From Antechinus flavipes (taxonomy: Eukaryota), in NCBI RefSeq assembly GCF_016432865.1, contig NC_067399.1, positions 251,534,001 to 251,598,000 of the forward strand: DNA of 64,000 nucleotides. Reading direction: 5' to 3'. This document shows positions 11,121 to 24,165 of the stretch, in pieces (within the stretch, counting starts at the first letter, position 1; the number at the start of each line of letters is the position of its first letter). A program made the translations under genes and the position numbers. The notes under the pieces were generated by a model that was given only the letters and a program-made list of their open reading frames with translations, was not told the origin of the DNA and did not search any database.

Positions 11121-12114
11121 CCAGTTGGAGACCAAACACAGAATAAAGGGATTCAAAGCTGGTTTCACCAGCAGGTTTGATTTGGGGCACTAAAGGTAGT
11201 TAGACTTTTAGCACACTTCATTGCAACTCCCTGGGAACAGGATGAAGAAGTAGGATCCTACTGAGCTGGTTGGAAACAATATTAGATATTCTTTTCTGAT
11301 AAGTTATCCAGAAGCTTGCCCTGGGCTTTAGGCATTGTTCTTTAGGGGGAGATAATGGAAGTTACAAGACTTAAACCACAGGGATTCAGTCTGGGTATAG
11401 ATGCAGTTTTTCTAGGTTAAATTTTGTTGCTTCCATTTGGGGTTTGAGAACTCAGTTCAAACTGCCCTAGTTTCTCCCCCCACCCTCTGCCCAGTGCCCT
11501 CCATAGGGTCTGTTCCTTATGGTAAAAAGCTATGGAATGATAATACTATCACTACTGAATAACTTTTCCTTTACTCTTCTTCCTTTACCCAGAATGATCT
11601 GGTGAGAAGCCTTTGGTAAATGATGTTCAATGGCAGAGAATAAAAGTTTTTTTTTTAATAATTGGAGAAATAAAAAGGACAATATCTTTTTCTGCTTTCA
11701 ATAAGTAGCATCAGCAGTTGTCACTGCTCATTGTCACTAAAAAAAAAGTATATTGGGGACCTTAAGCAGTTCCTTCAATGCAGTACTCAGCTTGGTAGTG
11801 ATAGACTTAGCCTAGCCTCAAAAGTTATTGCCCATTCTACAAGCAAAGATGGCCTCTGGACTTAGAGCCTCGCTGTGCCAGGGGAAACTAATTTTAGTCT
11901 CTGCAAGAGCTACCACTTGATTCCTGGGGAAAATCCACAAATTGGAGCCATTTCTCAAATGGGGGCCAACTTGTCTTGATTTTGCTGAAGAGCTTGACAA
12001 CTGAATTTGAAAAATAGACATAGCATCCTTTTTCTTCTAAAATAGTCCTCCTCTTCTTCCCTCTCACCCACCAACAAAATCATAAGGGTGTTTTTTTTTT
12101 TTCCCAAGAAGGGA

Positions 12115-12120
<6 letters not shown>

Positions 12121-12166
<46 letters not shown>
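12121..12166. repeat. (AC)23 microsatellite
   Basis: Perfect dinucleotide run. Confidence 0.97.
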
Positions 12167-12168
<2 letters not shown>

Positions 12169-13319
12169 TAGAGGCTTCTTTTTGATTCCTGCTTCCTGTT
12201 TTGACAGTGTAAGTCATACTTGGGCAGGGGGAAAAAGCCCACAAACATAATTGCAACCATGTCTAATTAGGCAGAGCTATGTAAATTTAGCGTTTCTACA
12301 TGATTATAAATGTCAGGAGAGACTTAGCTACGACATGAGAGTTTTGAGTATCTCTTGTGTACCTAGTCTAAGATGTCCTCATCGCTAATCCTATTCATCT
12401 CGAGTTGCTTCCTAATTAGAATATTTATAGACTAATAAGAAGGTGAACAAGACACTCCAGTTCTATTCTAAAGGTGAGAGTAGGGAGTCATTAGGCGCAA
12501 GGGCTCTGTTTTGATTGCTGTACAGTGTAATTAACATTGTGCTACATGATCTTCTTAGATTTACCTCCTAAACATTTCTTGCTGGAAGTTTATGTAGGTA
12601 CTAGAAACTTGTTTTAACAGAGCAGGCCTTCAGAGTGAGGAGTGACTGCTGCCTCATAGCTTTTGTCTAGAACAGAATGCTTCTCCAGGCAAGATTTGAA
12701 AATGGATTGAATTAATTGGGCCACTCATTTCTGAGGGTTTTCAGGAAAAGTAAAACCATTGTTTTAATGAAATGTCCCAAGGTTCCTCAGCCTAAGTTGC
12801 AGTCATACAAGATGATTTCATGGATAGGGATAAATATAGCCTTGTTCCACTTCTGATGAATTCCATTATCACCATTATCAACTTTAATTAATATATTCAC
12901 ATTATTTAAATTCAGGTAGAAAATGTTCTTTTGTGACAAGACCAGTATCTTTTCTCTGTTACTTGAGAAATATCATATACCATATGGGACATTTTGAAAA
13001 TAAATTACACTAAGGAATGGGTTTCATTGTAATAGGTATTGCAAGCTATCTCTACTTGACTTTTATATTACAGAATGGGAGAAATCTGTTGGAAGATAGG
13101 GTCAAATAACTCTCAGACTTTGGCTTTTACATATATTTCAGTAAAATCCAATTTGATCCCATACATCAGTGTCCGTGATTGCTAATTTTTTTTTAAAAAG
13201 TGATTAAAACAAATTTACCATTAATTAAAACCAAATTAGATTTTGACTTTTGAACTTTTAGTTATCCAACAGTGATCTAAGGCAAAGGAGAGAAAGAAAA
13301 AGAAAGGATACATAGAATC

Positions 13320-13640
13320 ATGAATTTAGAATTGGAAAAGACTATTTAGCCCAATTTCCTTACTTTACAGTTGAGGAAACCAAGGCTTAGCAAGGTCACA
13401 TGACATATCAAAATTCGCAAAGGTAATAAGTGGCATAGTTACTTTTTGAACCCAAATTCTCTGACTATAAATTAAGTATCCTTCCCCTTACACAGGATCT
13501 AGGGTCATTTACACATAGGGAAACTGGGGCATAAAAAGGTTAAATGGCTTGCTCAGAATCACAGAACTAATCAATATCTGTAATGAGATTTGAGGCTGAG
13601 TCCTGGGGACTTCGAGTTTAATGCCCTATAAATTATGCCA
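13320..13640. mobile_element. MIR3/MIR fragments
   Basis: CATAGAATCATGAATTTAGA..TTTACAGTTGAGGAAAC; second CORE at about 13510. Confidence 0.7.
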
Positions 13641-13759
13641 TACTGATTCTCAAGATAGAAGAGAGAGATGTCTTTCATTTCCACCCATTTCAAAACAAGT
13701 TTTAAACACTTGCAGTATGCCACAAAAAAAATATAAAAATGTCTAATAATAGCAACAGC

Positions 13760-14140
13760 CCAATTTATGAAGTTCTTATTGTATGCAAGGCACTTTGTTG
13801 ATCTCTTAGGATACAAAAACTCTAAATGGCAGTTCCTCCTGTCAAAAAGGTTACATCGTGGAGAAGAAAAGGGATAACTTATGGTTCTTGTTTTGAAGAA
13901 ATTTATAATTCAAGAGGAGAGATATGAATGACATGAAGATAATCAATTATTCAATCATGTATTAAGCACCTATTATGTGTCAGACTCCATGCTAAGGACT
14001 GGATATTTAAAGACAAAAGTGAAACAGGTCCATGCCCTAACTGTATGTACCTATATAAGTGAAATGAATACAAGGTAACTTGGAACAATGTAACAAGGAA
14101 AGGAGAGCTTTAGCAGCCAGGATATTCATGAAAAGCTTTA
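13760..14140 (-). mobile_element. L2 3' fragments
   Basis: TATTAAGCACCTATTATGTGTCAGACTCCATGCTAAGG...GGTCCATGCCCT. Confidence 0.7.
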
Positions 14141-14149
14141 TGGAAAATT

Positions 14150-14434
14150 TGTTGTTCAGTCATTTCAACTGTGTCCAGCTCTTTGTGATATCAATATGAC
14201 GGTTTTTTGGTGGGGTTTTTTTGGTTTTGGTTTTGGTTTTTTTTTTTGGCAAATATACTGGTTTGCCATTTCCTTCTCCAGCTCATCTTACAGATGAGAA
14301 AACTGAGGCAAAAAGAATTAAGTGACTTGCCCAGGTTTACACAGCTAGTAAGTGTCAAGTGTTTGAAACCTGATTTGAATTCAGGTCTTCCTGATTCCAG
14401 TGCCAGTGCTCTATGTCCTACCTAAATGCACCTC
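14150..14434 (-). mobile_element. MAR1-type CORE-SINE
   Basis: TTGTTGTTCAGTC tail, GGTTTGCCATTTCCTTCTCCAG, CORE and head on the reverse strand. Confidence 0.82.
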
Positions 14435-14599
14435 AGGACACATTTGAACTCAGGACCTTGAGTCCATCACTATATCAATTGCACCAACTAGCAACCTCTG
14501 AAGAATAAGGGTTCTTTACTCTGCGGCTTTAAACCTGCTTTGAAAAATAGTTTTATGTGGAATGTAAATACATTTGATTTTCTCTCGCGTCCTGTGCTT

Positions 14600-14692
14600 T
14601 TAAATCATTATTCTCACATTATTTGTGAGCTTCACCAGCCTGTCAAAAGTAATCCATGACAAAAATGGATTAAGGACTCCTTATATCCAAAG
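14600..14692 (-). mobile_element. Charlie4-type 5' end fragment
   Basis: GCTTCACCAGCCTGTCAAAAG..CCATGACAAAA..TTAAGGAC resembles the reverse complement of the Charlie4 left end. Confidence 0.5.
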
Positions 14693-14859
14693 TCACATTT
14701 AAAACTGAGTGTTGAAGGGATCCAGGGATTCCAAGAGGTGTAGGTGAGGAGAGAGGTGCAGACTAGGTGTTAAGAACAGTTAATAGTACAAATGCACCAA
14801 GAGAGGAGATGGAGCATTACATGTACAGAACGGGAAGTAGGACAGTTGACTAGGTAATA

Positions 14860-16030
14860 GAGTATATAGAGAGGGAATAATAAGTTAGAAGACTGAAAAA
14901 ATGAGAGAGAAATAGATTATGAGAATCTTTAAATACCAAACAAGCTTATTAGCAATGTTAGAGTTAATAAGGAGCCAGTAAGGTTTACTAAGTGAACAAT
15001 TAACATGATTAGTCCTATATTTTAGGATAAATGTGTAGAGAAGATAGGTTAGAAAACAGAAGAGTCTGAAGGAGAGAAATCAACTAGGAAGCTATTGCAA
15101 TAATCTAGGTGAAAGGAAATAAGACTTAATGGAGGCAGGGAGGAGAACATGACTGTGTGGATGGAGAGAAAGGGACAGATATGGTGGATATTGTGGTGGA
15201 AGTAATGGAATACTTGTCAACAGATTTGAAATTTGGAGTGTGTGATAATGAGAAGACAAAGATGGCCCTGAAGTTGCAAACCAGGATGAAAAGAAGAATA
15301 TTGTTGTCCTCAATAGTAAAAGGGAAGCTCAGAAGAAGGGTGAGTTTGGGGAAGAAAATAATGAGTTCAATCTTGTGCCCAATGAGTTTGAGATGCCTGT
15401 CAGACAAACATTTCTAAAGGCCTAATAGCAGTAGGTGATGAGGGCACTAGGTCTTGAAAAACAAGATAAATTTAGATATATAGATCTAGAAGTCACGATG
15501 AAATAATAATTAACTCATGGCAGGGCTGATGAGGTCACCAAGAGAGATAGATGTCAAAGATAAGGGAGATCAGGACAAAGTTTGAGGAGCTATCCAATTA
15601 GTGATTCTGGCAAGGATGATCAACCAGTGGTCAGGCAGGAAGGAGAGGATATAAAAGAGAACAATGTCATGAAAACTAAAGAGGAGTGAGTATCCAGCAG
15701 AGTAGTTTAGTCACCAGTGTCAAGTGCAGCAGAAATGTCAAAAAGGACAAGAATTTAGAAAACCTCAGAATTTAGAAAATCCTAGTAGAACTATCAATTA
15801 AGAGATCATTAGTAACTTTGGAAAGAATAATTTTCCACTGAATGATGAGGTCAGAATTCTGTGTATAAAAGGTTTAACAGAGAGGAAGAGGACAGGAAGT
15901 GGAGATATGTAATGTAAAGAGCTTTTTCTTTTTCTTTTTTTTCCCCAAGAAGTTTAGCTGGGGGGAAAAAAGAGATGTAGAACAATATCTAATAGGAATG
16001 GTATGATCTAATGAGGGTGTTTAAAGAAGG
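14860..16030 (-). mobile_element. L2 LINE fragment (ORF2 C-terminal part)
   Basis: Track ORF 15126-15407 MSDRHLKLIGHKIELIIFFPK resembles L2 WMSNRHLKLNMSKTELIIFPPK. Confidence 0.88.
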
Positions 16031-16749
16031 AGAAATAGAATAATTAAATAATAACAAATGGCATTTAGATTTTTTCTCATTTCCACCTCACAATGGCCCT
16101 GTGAGATTCAGATATTATTATACCTATTTTTTTCAGATGAAGAAACTAAAGTAAATGACTTTCCCATTGTCATACAGCTAGTATATGTGAGAAACAGGAT
16201 TTGAACCCAACTGCCAGACCTTCCTGACTCTGAGTCCATTATACTACACTATCTTTCTTCTCCTGAGACTTAAAAGACTTAACTAAGGCAGAACAATTAA
16301 AAATATTCCTCCTTTTGCTCCTACAGAGAAAGGAGTCTCTAGTCTGTGAGATTCAAAGTCAAACTGAATATTTCCTATGTATTCTCCCCCAGTGACATTT
16401 AAACTAAGGTTTAAAGAAATAAAAACAGTTTTCCCCAGAATCACAAAACTAAAATGTAAATGTCAGAGCTATGACTTGAACTAAGGATCTTCAAAGTACA
16501 GTATACATTGTATTACATCTTACTGTAGACTAAGTTGTCTACAATTCAATGACTGATGATCTTCTTCAGAAGTGGGCATTATCTACATCAAATACATGAA
16601 TATTTTATCTTTCTCTTTTGATCTTCAGTAGAATTTACTATCTATGGCATTTATCTCATGTTGTCTTGAAATAGTCTCTGTTTCATATTTGTATCACAAC
16701 TAGATCATCAGCTCCTTGGGGCAAGACCATATTTTCTGATACTTCCTTT

Positions 16750-17270
16750 TTCCCCAAAGTGAGAGTTGAGTATGAGGCAAACACCAAAGGGAGATGAGCA
16801 CATCTGAAAGGGGGTCAGCAAGCCCTCACACCAAAGCTCTAGTCTTTAATGAACATGTCATGCACAGTGGCCACAACCCAGTAAACCATTTTGGCAGATG
16901 TGCTAAGTCAGGCTGAGGGGAACTGATGAGCTTCAGACCTGTTTGCTGAGTAAAGAAAAGTCTACACCAACCTCATAGTTTCCCAGTGGAATGCATCAAC
17001 GAGAACAATTTGTTCCAATGGCCATGAAGGTGACTGGAACAAGAGCTATGGTGCATTTAAAGCTTGGTCAGATATTGAAGACAAGATGTCAAGGTCATTC
17101 ACTGCATTCTCCATCATCACCAGTGATCCTAACTTTTGTCTTGCCACTAGACTAGAGAGTGAGGTTGACAACTTTGTACAACTGTGTCTCTCACTTAAAT
17201 CCAATTCACACAAGAATCAAGAAATCACTCCTTGATATCATTGATCATCTTTAAAAACAAGGGACAAATT
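16750..17270 (-). mobile_element. Marsupial RTE-associated SINE-like repeat (WALLSI4-like)
   Basis: CACTTAAATCCAATTCAC and CTTTTGTCTTGCCACT motifs, reverse of the 5057 copy. Confidence 0.6.
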
Positions 17271-17319
17271 ATATTCCTTAGAGTGCCTAATACATAATGA
17301 GACCTTGATGAACATTTCC

Positions 17320-17620
17320 ATTGATCACTGAACATTTATTAAGCACCTACTGTGTGCCAGATACTGTGCTAAGCCTTGGAGATAGAATTAGAGGCAAAAG
17401 ACAGTTCCTGTGGGCTCAAGAAGCTTATAATCTAATGGGAGAGACAATATACAAATTGAAAATAATTAAAAGAGGGAAGGTTCTTGGGAGAGATCTAAAA
17501 AAGCCTCTTATAGAAGATGGATTTTAGCTTGGACTTAAAGGAAAAGGAGGTCAGTGTTCAGTGGTGGAGGAAAAGTATACCAGGCATAAGGGACAGCCAG
17601 AGAAAATGCTAAGAGATTCA
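17320..17620 (-). mobile_element. L2 3' fragment
   Basis: CATTTATTAAGCACCTACTGTGTGCCAGATACTGTGCTAAG. Confidence 0.8.
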
Positions 17621-19109
17621 TTGAAGATGAAGCAAAAATGTACTTTTGAAAAATATGAAGACTTAAATAAGTATAAGCAATTATTTCAACATATGAGTGA
17701 AAGTAATTATTACAAATATCATTTAAATCATTGATTTCATAGCCTCTGGACTAGTCATAAACCCAAGGATTTTTCTGCCTATCTGTGGCTGTCTTAAATG
17801 ACTATATGATACTCACTTTTAGAATGTTGGCTTCTGCCCCCTGGAAAGCTATGTCTTCATGGAAATAGACATATATTTTCTTCTCATTAGCTGATGATGA
17901 GAAGAAATCAACTTTAAACATAGAAAGGAGGAAAATGTATTGGGTATAGATAAATGATTCTCAGTCCTTAGAGATGAGTAGATGCACAACTTTTGATAAA
18001 AAAAAAAAAAAACAAATGCATTTCACAGACTTATATTATTCTCTCCAGACTATGAATCTCCAACCACAAACTTTAAGTTTGTCAGTGCCTAAAAACTTCT
18101 CCTTTAGAGGGAAACAGGAATGGACCTTAAATCTTTATGTTTCTCCCAGAAACCAGAGGCTCTCAAAAGGGTCAGAGCAGAGACAATTCAGACAGAGCCT
18201 GTTGCAATGAGCATTGTGGTTCCTGTTCCCACAACTTTCTTGGGTACAGTGATAGCCAAAGAGGGAAGAAGAATTCAACATCTGATTCACCAAAAGGCCA
18301 GCAATCATCAATAGGAATTATTAAAGAGGTTTTCAGAAACATAGAGAGAGGACCACCAAGCCTTTAGGGCTGGGATAGTGAAAAGATTCCTGAAGATATG
18401 ACATGTTTCTTAAAATTTCTGAACCAGACTCATTAATTCTTCAGCATGGTGGGAACTTGGATTCCAGAGCACAAAATATGTCTGGGAGAAAGGATGAGGG
18501 GATAGCTCTGAGGTTTGAATGGATTTTCTTTAAAATACCTCTGCCTGCTCTTGACAAAATTGTGAATAAGTTGGAGTTTGCTTGATACCATCCTATCTCA
18601 ACTCAATTCAAAACAACCAACATTTGTAAGATACTTAATGTGCACTGTAGTCTGGAGAACCAAAGATGAAAAGAAGATACATTCTCCTAACTTCAGGAAA
18701 CTTTCAGTTTGGTAGAGGAATGATACACACTTAAAATTATGATATAACGTAAAAGAGTATAAGGTGGCAGACTAATGCAAGGGGGAAAACAACAAGAACA
18801 CTTATCCCCATGTCAAGAGATCTATGTTCAAATTCTGCCACTGATATTTATAATTTATGTAACCTTGATCAAATTGTTTAATTCCCCTGATCCTCAGTTG
18901 CTTCATTTGGGCTTGATCTTTAAAATCCCTTTCAATTCGCAATCTAAGCTCTTATGATTCTAAGTACACGAAAAGAGGTTATACAGAGAAGTTTCGAAAA
19001 GAAGAATCTCACTTGAGAATGTTTCTAAAGTGAAAGATTCAAGAGAAGGATCATCTCAAACTAGGAGGCTCACAGATAGCCTCATGGTATGAGGGGCAAT
19101 TGATTTCGA

Positions 19110-19790
19110 GTTTTAATCAGTAAGTAAATATTAATTATCTACTATGTTCCAGAAACTATGCTAGGTGCTGGGAATACAGAGACAAAAATAATTTAAATAG
19201 TCTCATTCCTCAAGGAGCTTACATTCTCTCTGTGGTGATAACAAATATGCATATAAACATATAAAAATATAAAGCATTTAGGAGAGAGCTCCTCATATCT
19301 AAAAGGATCAAGAAAGGCTTTATAAAAGAGATGGCATTGAAGTTGAAGTTTAAGGAAAATTGGGGATTTTAAGAGGTAAAAGTAAAAAGGTACTGCATTC
19401 CAGTCATCAAAAGACAGCCTATACAGAAACAAAGAAAATAGACATAGAATTTCATGGTTGATAATGCCATTTTGGCCAGTCCAAAGACCATATGAAAAGA
19501 AGTGATCTATCAAATGTGAAAAGATACAAAGCTGTAAGGGCCGATTAGAAGAATTTTTATTTGATCCTAAAGGTAATGAGGAGCCTTTGGAGTTAATTAA
19601 GTTTCATGGTCAGATTTGAACTAAAGGAATATATTTTTGGTACTTATATAAAAGGTAGACTGGAGTAGGAAACGATTTGAATCAGGGAGTCCAATTAGGT
19701 CCATTGCAATGATCCAGGTTATAGGTGAATGAGAGCCTACATTATTAGGGTGGAGGCCATATGAATATAGAAAAGAGGATTAATATGAGA
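19110..19790 (-). mobile_element. L2 fragment
   Basis: L2 3' end and downstream internal motifs (GAGCCTTTGGAGTT, ATTGCAATGATCCAGGT). Confidence 0.75.
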
Positions 19791-20524
19791 GAAGTGATAA
19801 ATCTAAAACACAGAATGAAACATAAATTTTTGGACATGGACAGTGTGGGGATTTTTTTTACTTGTTTACATATATTTGTTATAAAATTTTTGTATATTAT
19901 AATTTTTATTACTTTTCATTTTTCTAGTTTTATACAAATTTTGACATTTTCTCTAAAAATGTAGGTGGTCTAACTATACAGAGAACTGGTTCTGAAATAA
20001 TTCTATTATCATTGACAAGTGTGCTAAAATATGACCAATCTCATAGTAAATATAGTTATAATAAGCAGTACTGAGCAATGTTCAGGCATTCAACTAAGCA
20101 CTGGAAATGTAAATACAAGAAGAAATAAATATAGTCCCTGTATGTTATAGTCTAATGGGCAAAGTCAGTACATAAATAAAGCTAAAAAAAGAATAGAGTA
20201 TTGAAAGAGGGAAAGCATCCAGATAAAGCATCTTATAGAGAAGATCTGAAGAGTCAGGAATAGAAGGTGGAAAAGAATGAAGACATGGCTGACCTGGACA
20301 TTTTCCCTAAAATGGTGGTTCTGAGAGAAACAAACCAATCAGAATAAGAGGCCATGGGTACAGAGTGTAATTCCATTCTGAGAAGTCCAGAGATACAGCA
20401 AATATCCAGGTTGAGGAGGCCTCTGTAGCATGATAGAAAAAGTCAGGAATAAAGTCAGGAATCGGTTTTGAAGAAAATGAAGTCTTGGCTGACCTTTGAG
20501 GAGGATTTTTCAAATTTCCTTTTT

Positions 20525-21080
20525 TGTAATGTTATTTGGGGCTTGCTATCTAATCAGCTTCTACTTATTCCTTTCCCCAAAAAAGAATTTATAATGTAGA
20601 GTTGTTAAGTTTCTGATTAGCCTACAAGCCTTTCATAACCTGTGTTTTCTCAAAATTTCTTGTCATCCTCTCTGTTCTTACCCTTTGTTTTAAGAGTCAC
20701 AAGAATCTAAACAGAAGTTGATTTAATTTTGATGATCTTATTTAGTCACTCATAGATTTCTAAATCTATGTTAGCAGCATTACTATATAAACTGGAATGA
20801 CTTTCTTAGCCTCTCCTTTTATAAACACGTAAACTTATTACTATAACAACTACAAGATGGGCAAATGTCTCATTAACTGATATTTCTTACTGTGTTTAAG
20901 TACATGATAAAATCAACTTTGTCTCTTTATTTGCCCATTCCTTCAATTTAGCTACAACTTCCTTCTTTCTTCTAGTTTCATTTACAACAAGAATGTCATG
21001 ATTGATACCCTGTACTGTATTTATTCATCAATCACTGGATAAAGATCATTTAGAGTTCCAACAGCCAAGTTAAAGTTTAT
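20525..21080 (-). mobile_element. Decayed RTE-clade LINE, endonuclease region
   Basis: Manual minus-strand translation gives remnants AVGTLN, HDILVVNETRRKK and VDF, corresponding to the APE motifs xTxNV, DILxxxETR and GVGF. Confidence 0.62.
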
Positions 21081-21529
21081 AGACACTCTAACAGCTATGT
21101 GATAATTATACATCTTTGCTTATCTTTCTACCACTTCAGAAGCAAAAAACATTGTACAAGACAGAGTCATAATGTAAAGTATTAATGGCTGATAACAGAT
21201 AGTTATTACACCATGATGGGGTGATTTGAGGTTCAAGGAAGACTCTTAAAGACTGGAAAAACTTTCAAATTCCAAATAAATATGCCAATAACAAGTCACA
21301 AAATGATCAAATTGATATAGGGCAAGACATGTCCAAACTCTTCTCAAAAAAATTAAAAGGATGATATGTCCAAGTTTTCTCATTAGGGGTATGAGGAGGA
21401 GAAAAAGTCACACCTCAGAATTTCTTTCCTTGAGCTATCCAGTTCTAGGTTGTATCCATTATTCCTGTGATGTTGAAAAAGTAGAAAGTTAGCATAGTGA
21501 TTCCCAAAGATTCCAACACATATACTTTT

Positions 21530-21922
21530 GTGTTTTTTTTCAAATATATGCAAAGATAGTTTTCAATATTCACTCCTGCAAAATCCTGTATTCCAAATTT
21601 TTCTCCCTCCCTCTCCTCTAGACAGCAAGAAATCTAATATAGGTTAAACATGTGCAATTCTTCTAAACATATTTCCATATTCATCATGCTGTGCAAGAAA
21701 AAATAGATCAAAAGAAAAAAATGAAAGAGAAAGAAAAACAAGCAAACAAACAACAAAACAACGAAAATACTATGCTTTGATTAACATTCAGTCAATACAA
21801 TTCTCCCTTTGGATACAGATGATACTTTCCATCACATCTATTGGAATTGCCTTGAATCATCTCATTATTGAAAAAAGCCAGTTCCATCACAGTTGATCAT
21901 CACACAATCTTGTTGTTGTTCC
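21530..21922 (-). mobile_element. Old L1 3'UTR fragment
   Basis: Same subfamily motifs as 45911-46287 (TTGGAATTGCC, CACAGTTGATCATCAC). Confidence 0.82.
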
Positions 21923-22179
21923 AACATTGATACTTGCTGAGGTTTATCTGATGATAACATAATTATAATGTCACATCATCATCATCATAAGAAAACTATT
22001 TTAAGCACATAGAGACTTCATGATATAGTAAAAAAAGAACCCAGGTATTAGAGTCACATGATCTTGTTTCATAATCTTGCTCTGTCATTTATAAAAGTAC
22101 AAATTTGGATAAGTCACATAACATCTCTGATAGTTGATTATCTCATCTGAAAAATAAGACAATTGGACTACATCATCAA

Positions 22180-22920
22180 TCAATTTAGCAAGCATTTTTA
22201 AGTACTTAATGTATTTCAGCTACTGTTATAAACAGATATACCTCAAAATGAAACAAAAACAATCCATGCCCTCAAGATCCTTATATTCTAATGAAGGAAA
22301 CAACATGTACTTTAGTAGAGAATGCAAGATAGAGAGTATTTGGGAGATAATCATAGAGAATAAGGTTCTAACCACTGGTAGAACCAGGTAAGACTTCCTG
22401 CAAAAAGCAACAATTAAACTGAGTCTTTTTTTTTAATCAAAAGGAATTTATTAAAATACTTCAAGTAATTCAAGATGATTCCACCTTTTATTGATAACCT
22501 TCATTAATGAGATGAAGACAATTCAGATAGGACCATGTCAGTAAAAGGGGATGCGATATTGCATCTCAGCTCCTCCCTAAGATAGCAAACACATAATGTT
22601 TAACTGGTAGATATGTGACAAAAAAAAAAAAAAGCAAGTAATACAAAAGCTGTAGACTAGGTGACACCTCCCCCAAAAAAGTCTTCCCCAAAACTGACTG
22701 ACAAGCAGGGCACTGAATCAGCATAGTCTTCAAAAATTCCCCCATTTGATGCTATATCTGTCAAAAAATTGAAAGATAAAACAAAATGTATGTTTCAGCA
22801 CCACATTTGGTCCTATATCATTCCTTTTTCCTCAACTTCATCATTCTAATTTCTTTTAAACTGAGTCTTAAAAGAAGTCAAATATTCTAATAGATTGAAG
22901 TGAAGAGGGAAAGTAATCCT
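22180..22920 (-). mobile_element. L2 fragment interrupted by the retrocopy
   Basis: L2 sequence reads through when 22428-22869 is removed (..AAACTGAGTCTTAAAAGAAGTCA..). Confidence 0.72.
22428..22855 (-). pseudogene. 5'-truncated processed retrocopy of an unidentified mRNA 3' end (mostly 3'UTR)
   Basis: 14-bp TSD TTAAACTGAGTCTT (22414-22427, 22856-22869), T-run tail, AATAAA 12 nt from the tail (22447-22452), target TCTT/AAAA; interrupts an otherwise continuous L2. Confidence 0.8.
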
Positions 22921-24165
22921 AAATTCTATTATCCTATGATCTAAATCAGGTCATGACAAAAAAGCTTTATTAAGTGTTGGCTATCTGCCAGAATTGGTGC
23001 TAAGTGCTGAGAATATAAATACAAGCAGAAATATATGCATGCCCTCAAAGAGCTTATGTTCTAGTGAGGGATAACAATGCCATAAAGAAGCAGAAATGGG
23101 GAAAGGGTAATGAAAAAAGAAAAGATACTTGGGCAGGAGGCTGACAGAGATGAGAGGAATCTAGAGAGGAAAAAAGACATCACACAAAGACATCCTCCTT
23201 AAAATTTAGTTTCTTAGAGGAGCCAGAATCAGAGGATGAGGCTGCAGAAATAGAAGGTATTTCCAGTGTGGGAAGTCCAAAGGTAAAAACTTACAGGATC
23301 AAGACATTTCTGTGGCATGCATGGTAGGGTAAATTTGAAGGATCAGAAAAGCCTAAAGACTTAGGAGTGCAGTCTGTTTAAGGAGGGAGAGATTTTCCTT
23401 GCAGAAATAAAAAGACCCTATAATTTCAAAGTAGTACAGAATTATTCAGAAATAGCATAATCAGTTATCATTGGTCAGTTATGTATTTTGTGTTACAGAT
23501 AAACAATGAGAGTAATAATGTCCATATTAAGGGAAAACAAATTCACAATCATTCTGACACAATTCTATTAGGAAAAACAATTGCTTTGTTGTCTTAAGAA
23601 TACTTACCTTGATGAAAGTAGAAAATCTTAGTTATGAACCACAGGGTATTAAATTTAAATTCATTTGGGTGAAGTATTGAAAAGATTTTTATTCATAAAT
23701 GAACACTTGAATGAATGGAGGATCTCTTACTAAAAATTATCAACTGACTACCTTACTTGTCAAATATCTGATGAATTTGCTCATTGTTCTTATTTGATCC
23801 TGTTTAGTCTTTAGACATGACACATATACAGCTTGAAAATTGAACCAAACAATTTATAAGAATGTCACATATATATCTAAACTGCAAAAGTATAGTGGGC
23901 TCTTTGAATACCCATGCTGAAATTAACTTAGTAGAAACTTTGGGTCCAAGAAAATACTATGCTACAAATGTTTGAAGTTGAATATCACTGATTCCTTTCT
24001 AAGTCCCGGTAGTAAATATCTTTAAATATTTTTTTATTTTTCCAATTATATGTGAAAACAATTTTAGCATTCATTTTTGAAAATTATAAATTCCACATTT
24101 TCTCTCTTCTGCCCCTCCTCCTTCATTGAGAAGGCAAACAATTTTGATATAGGTTACACATGAGG

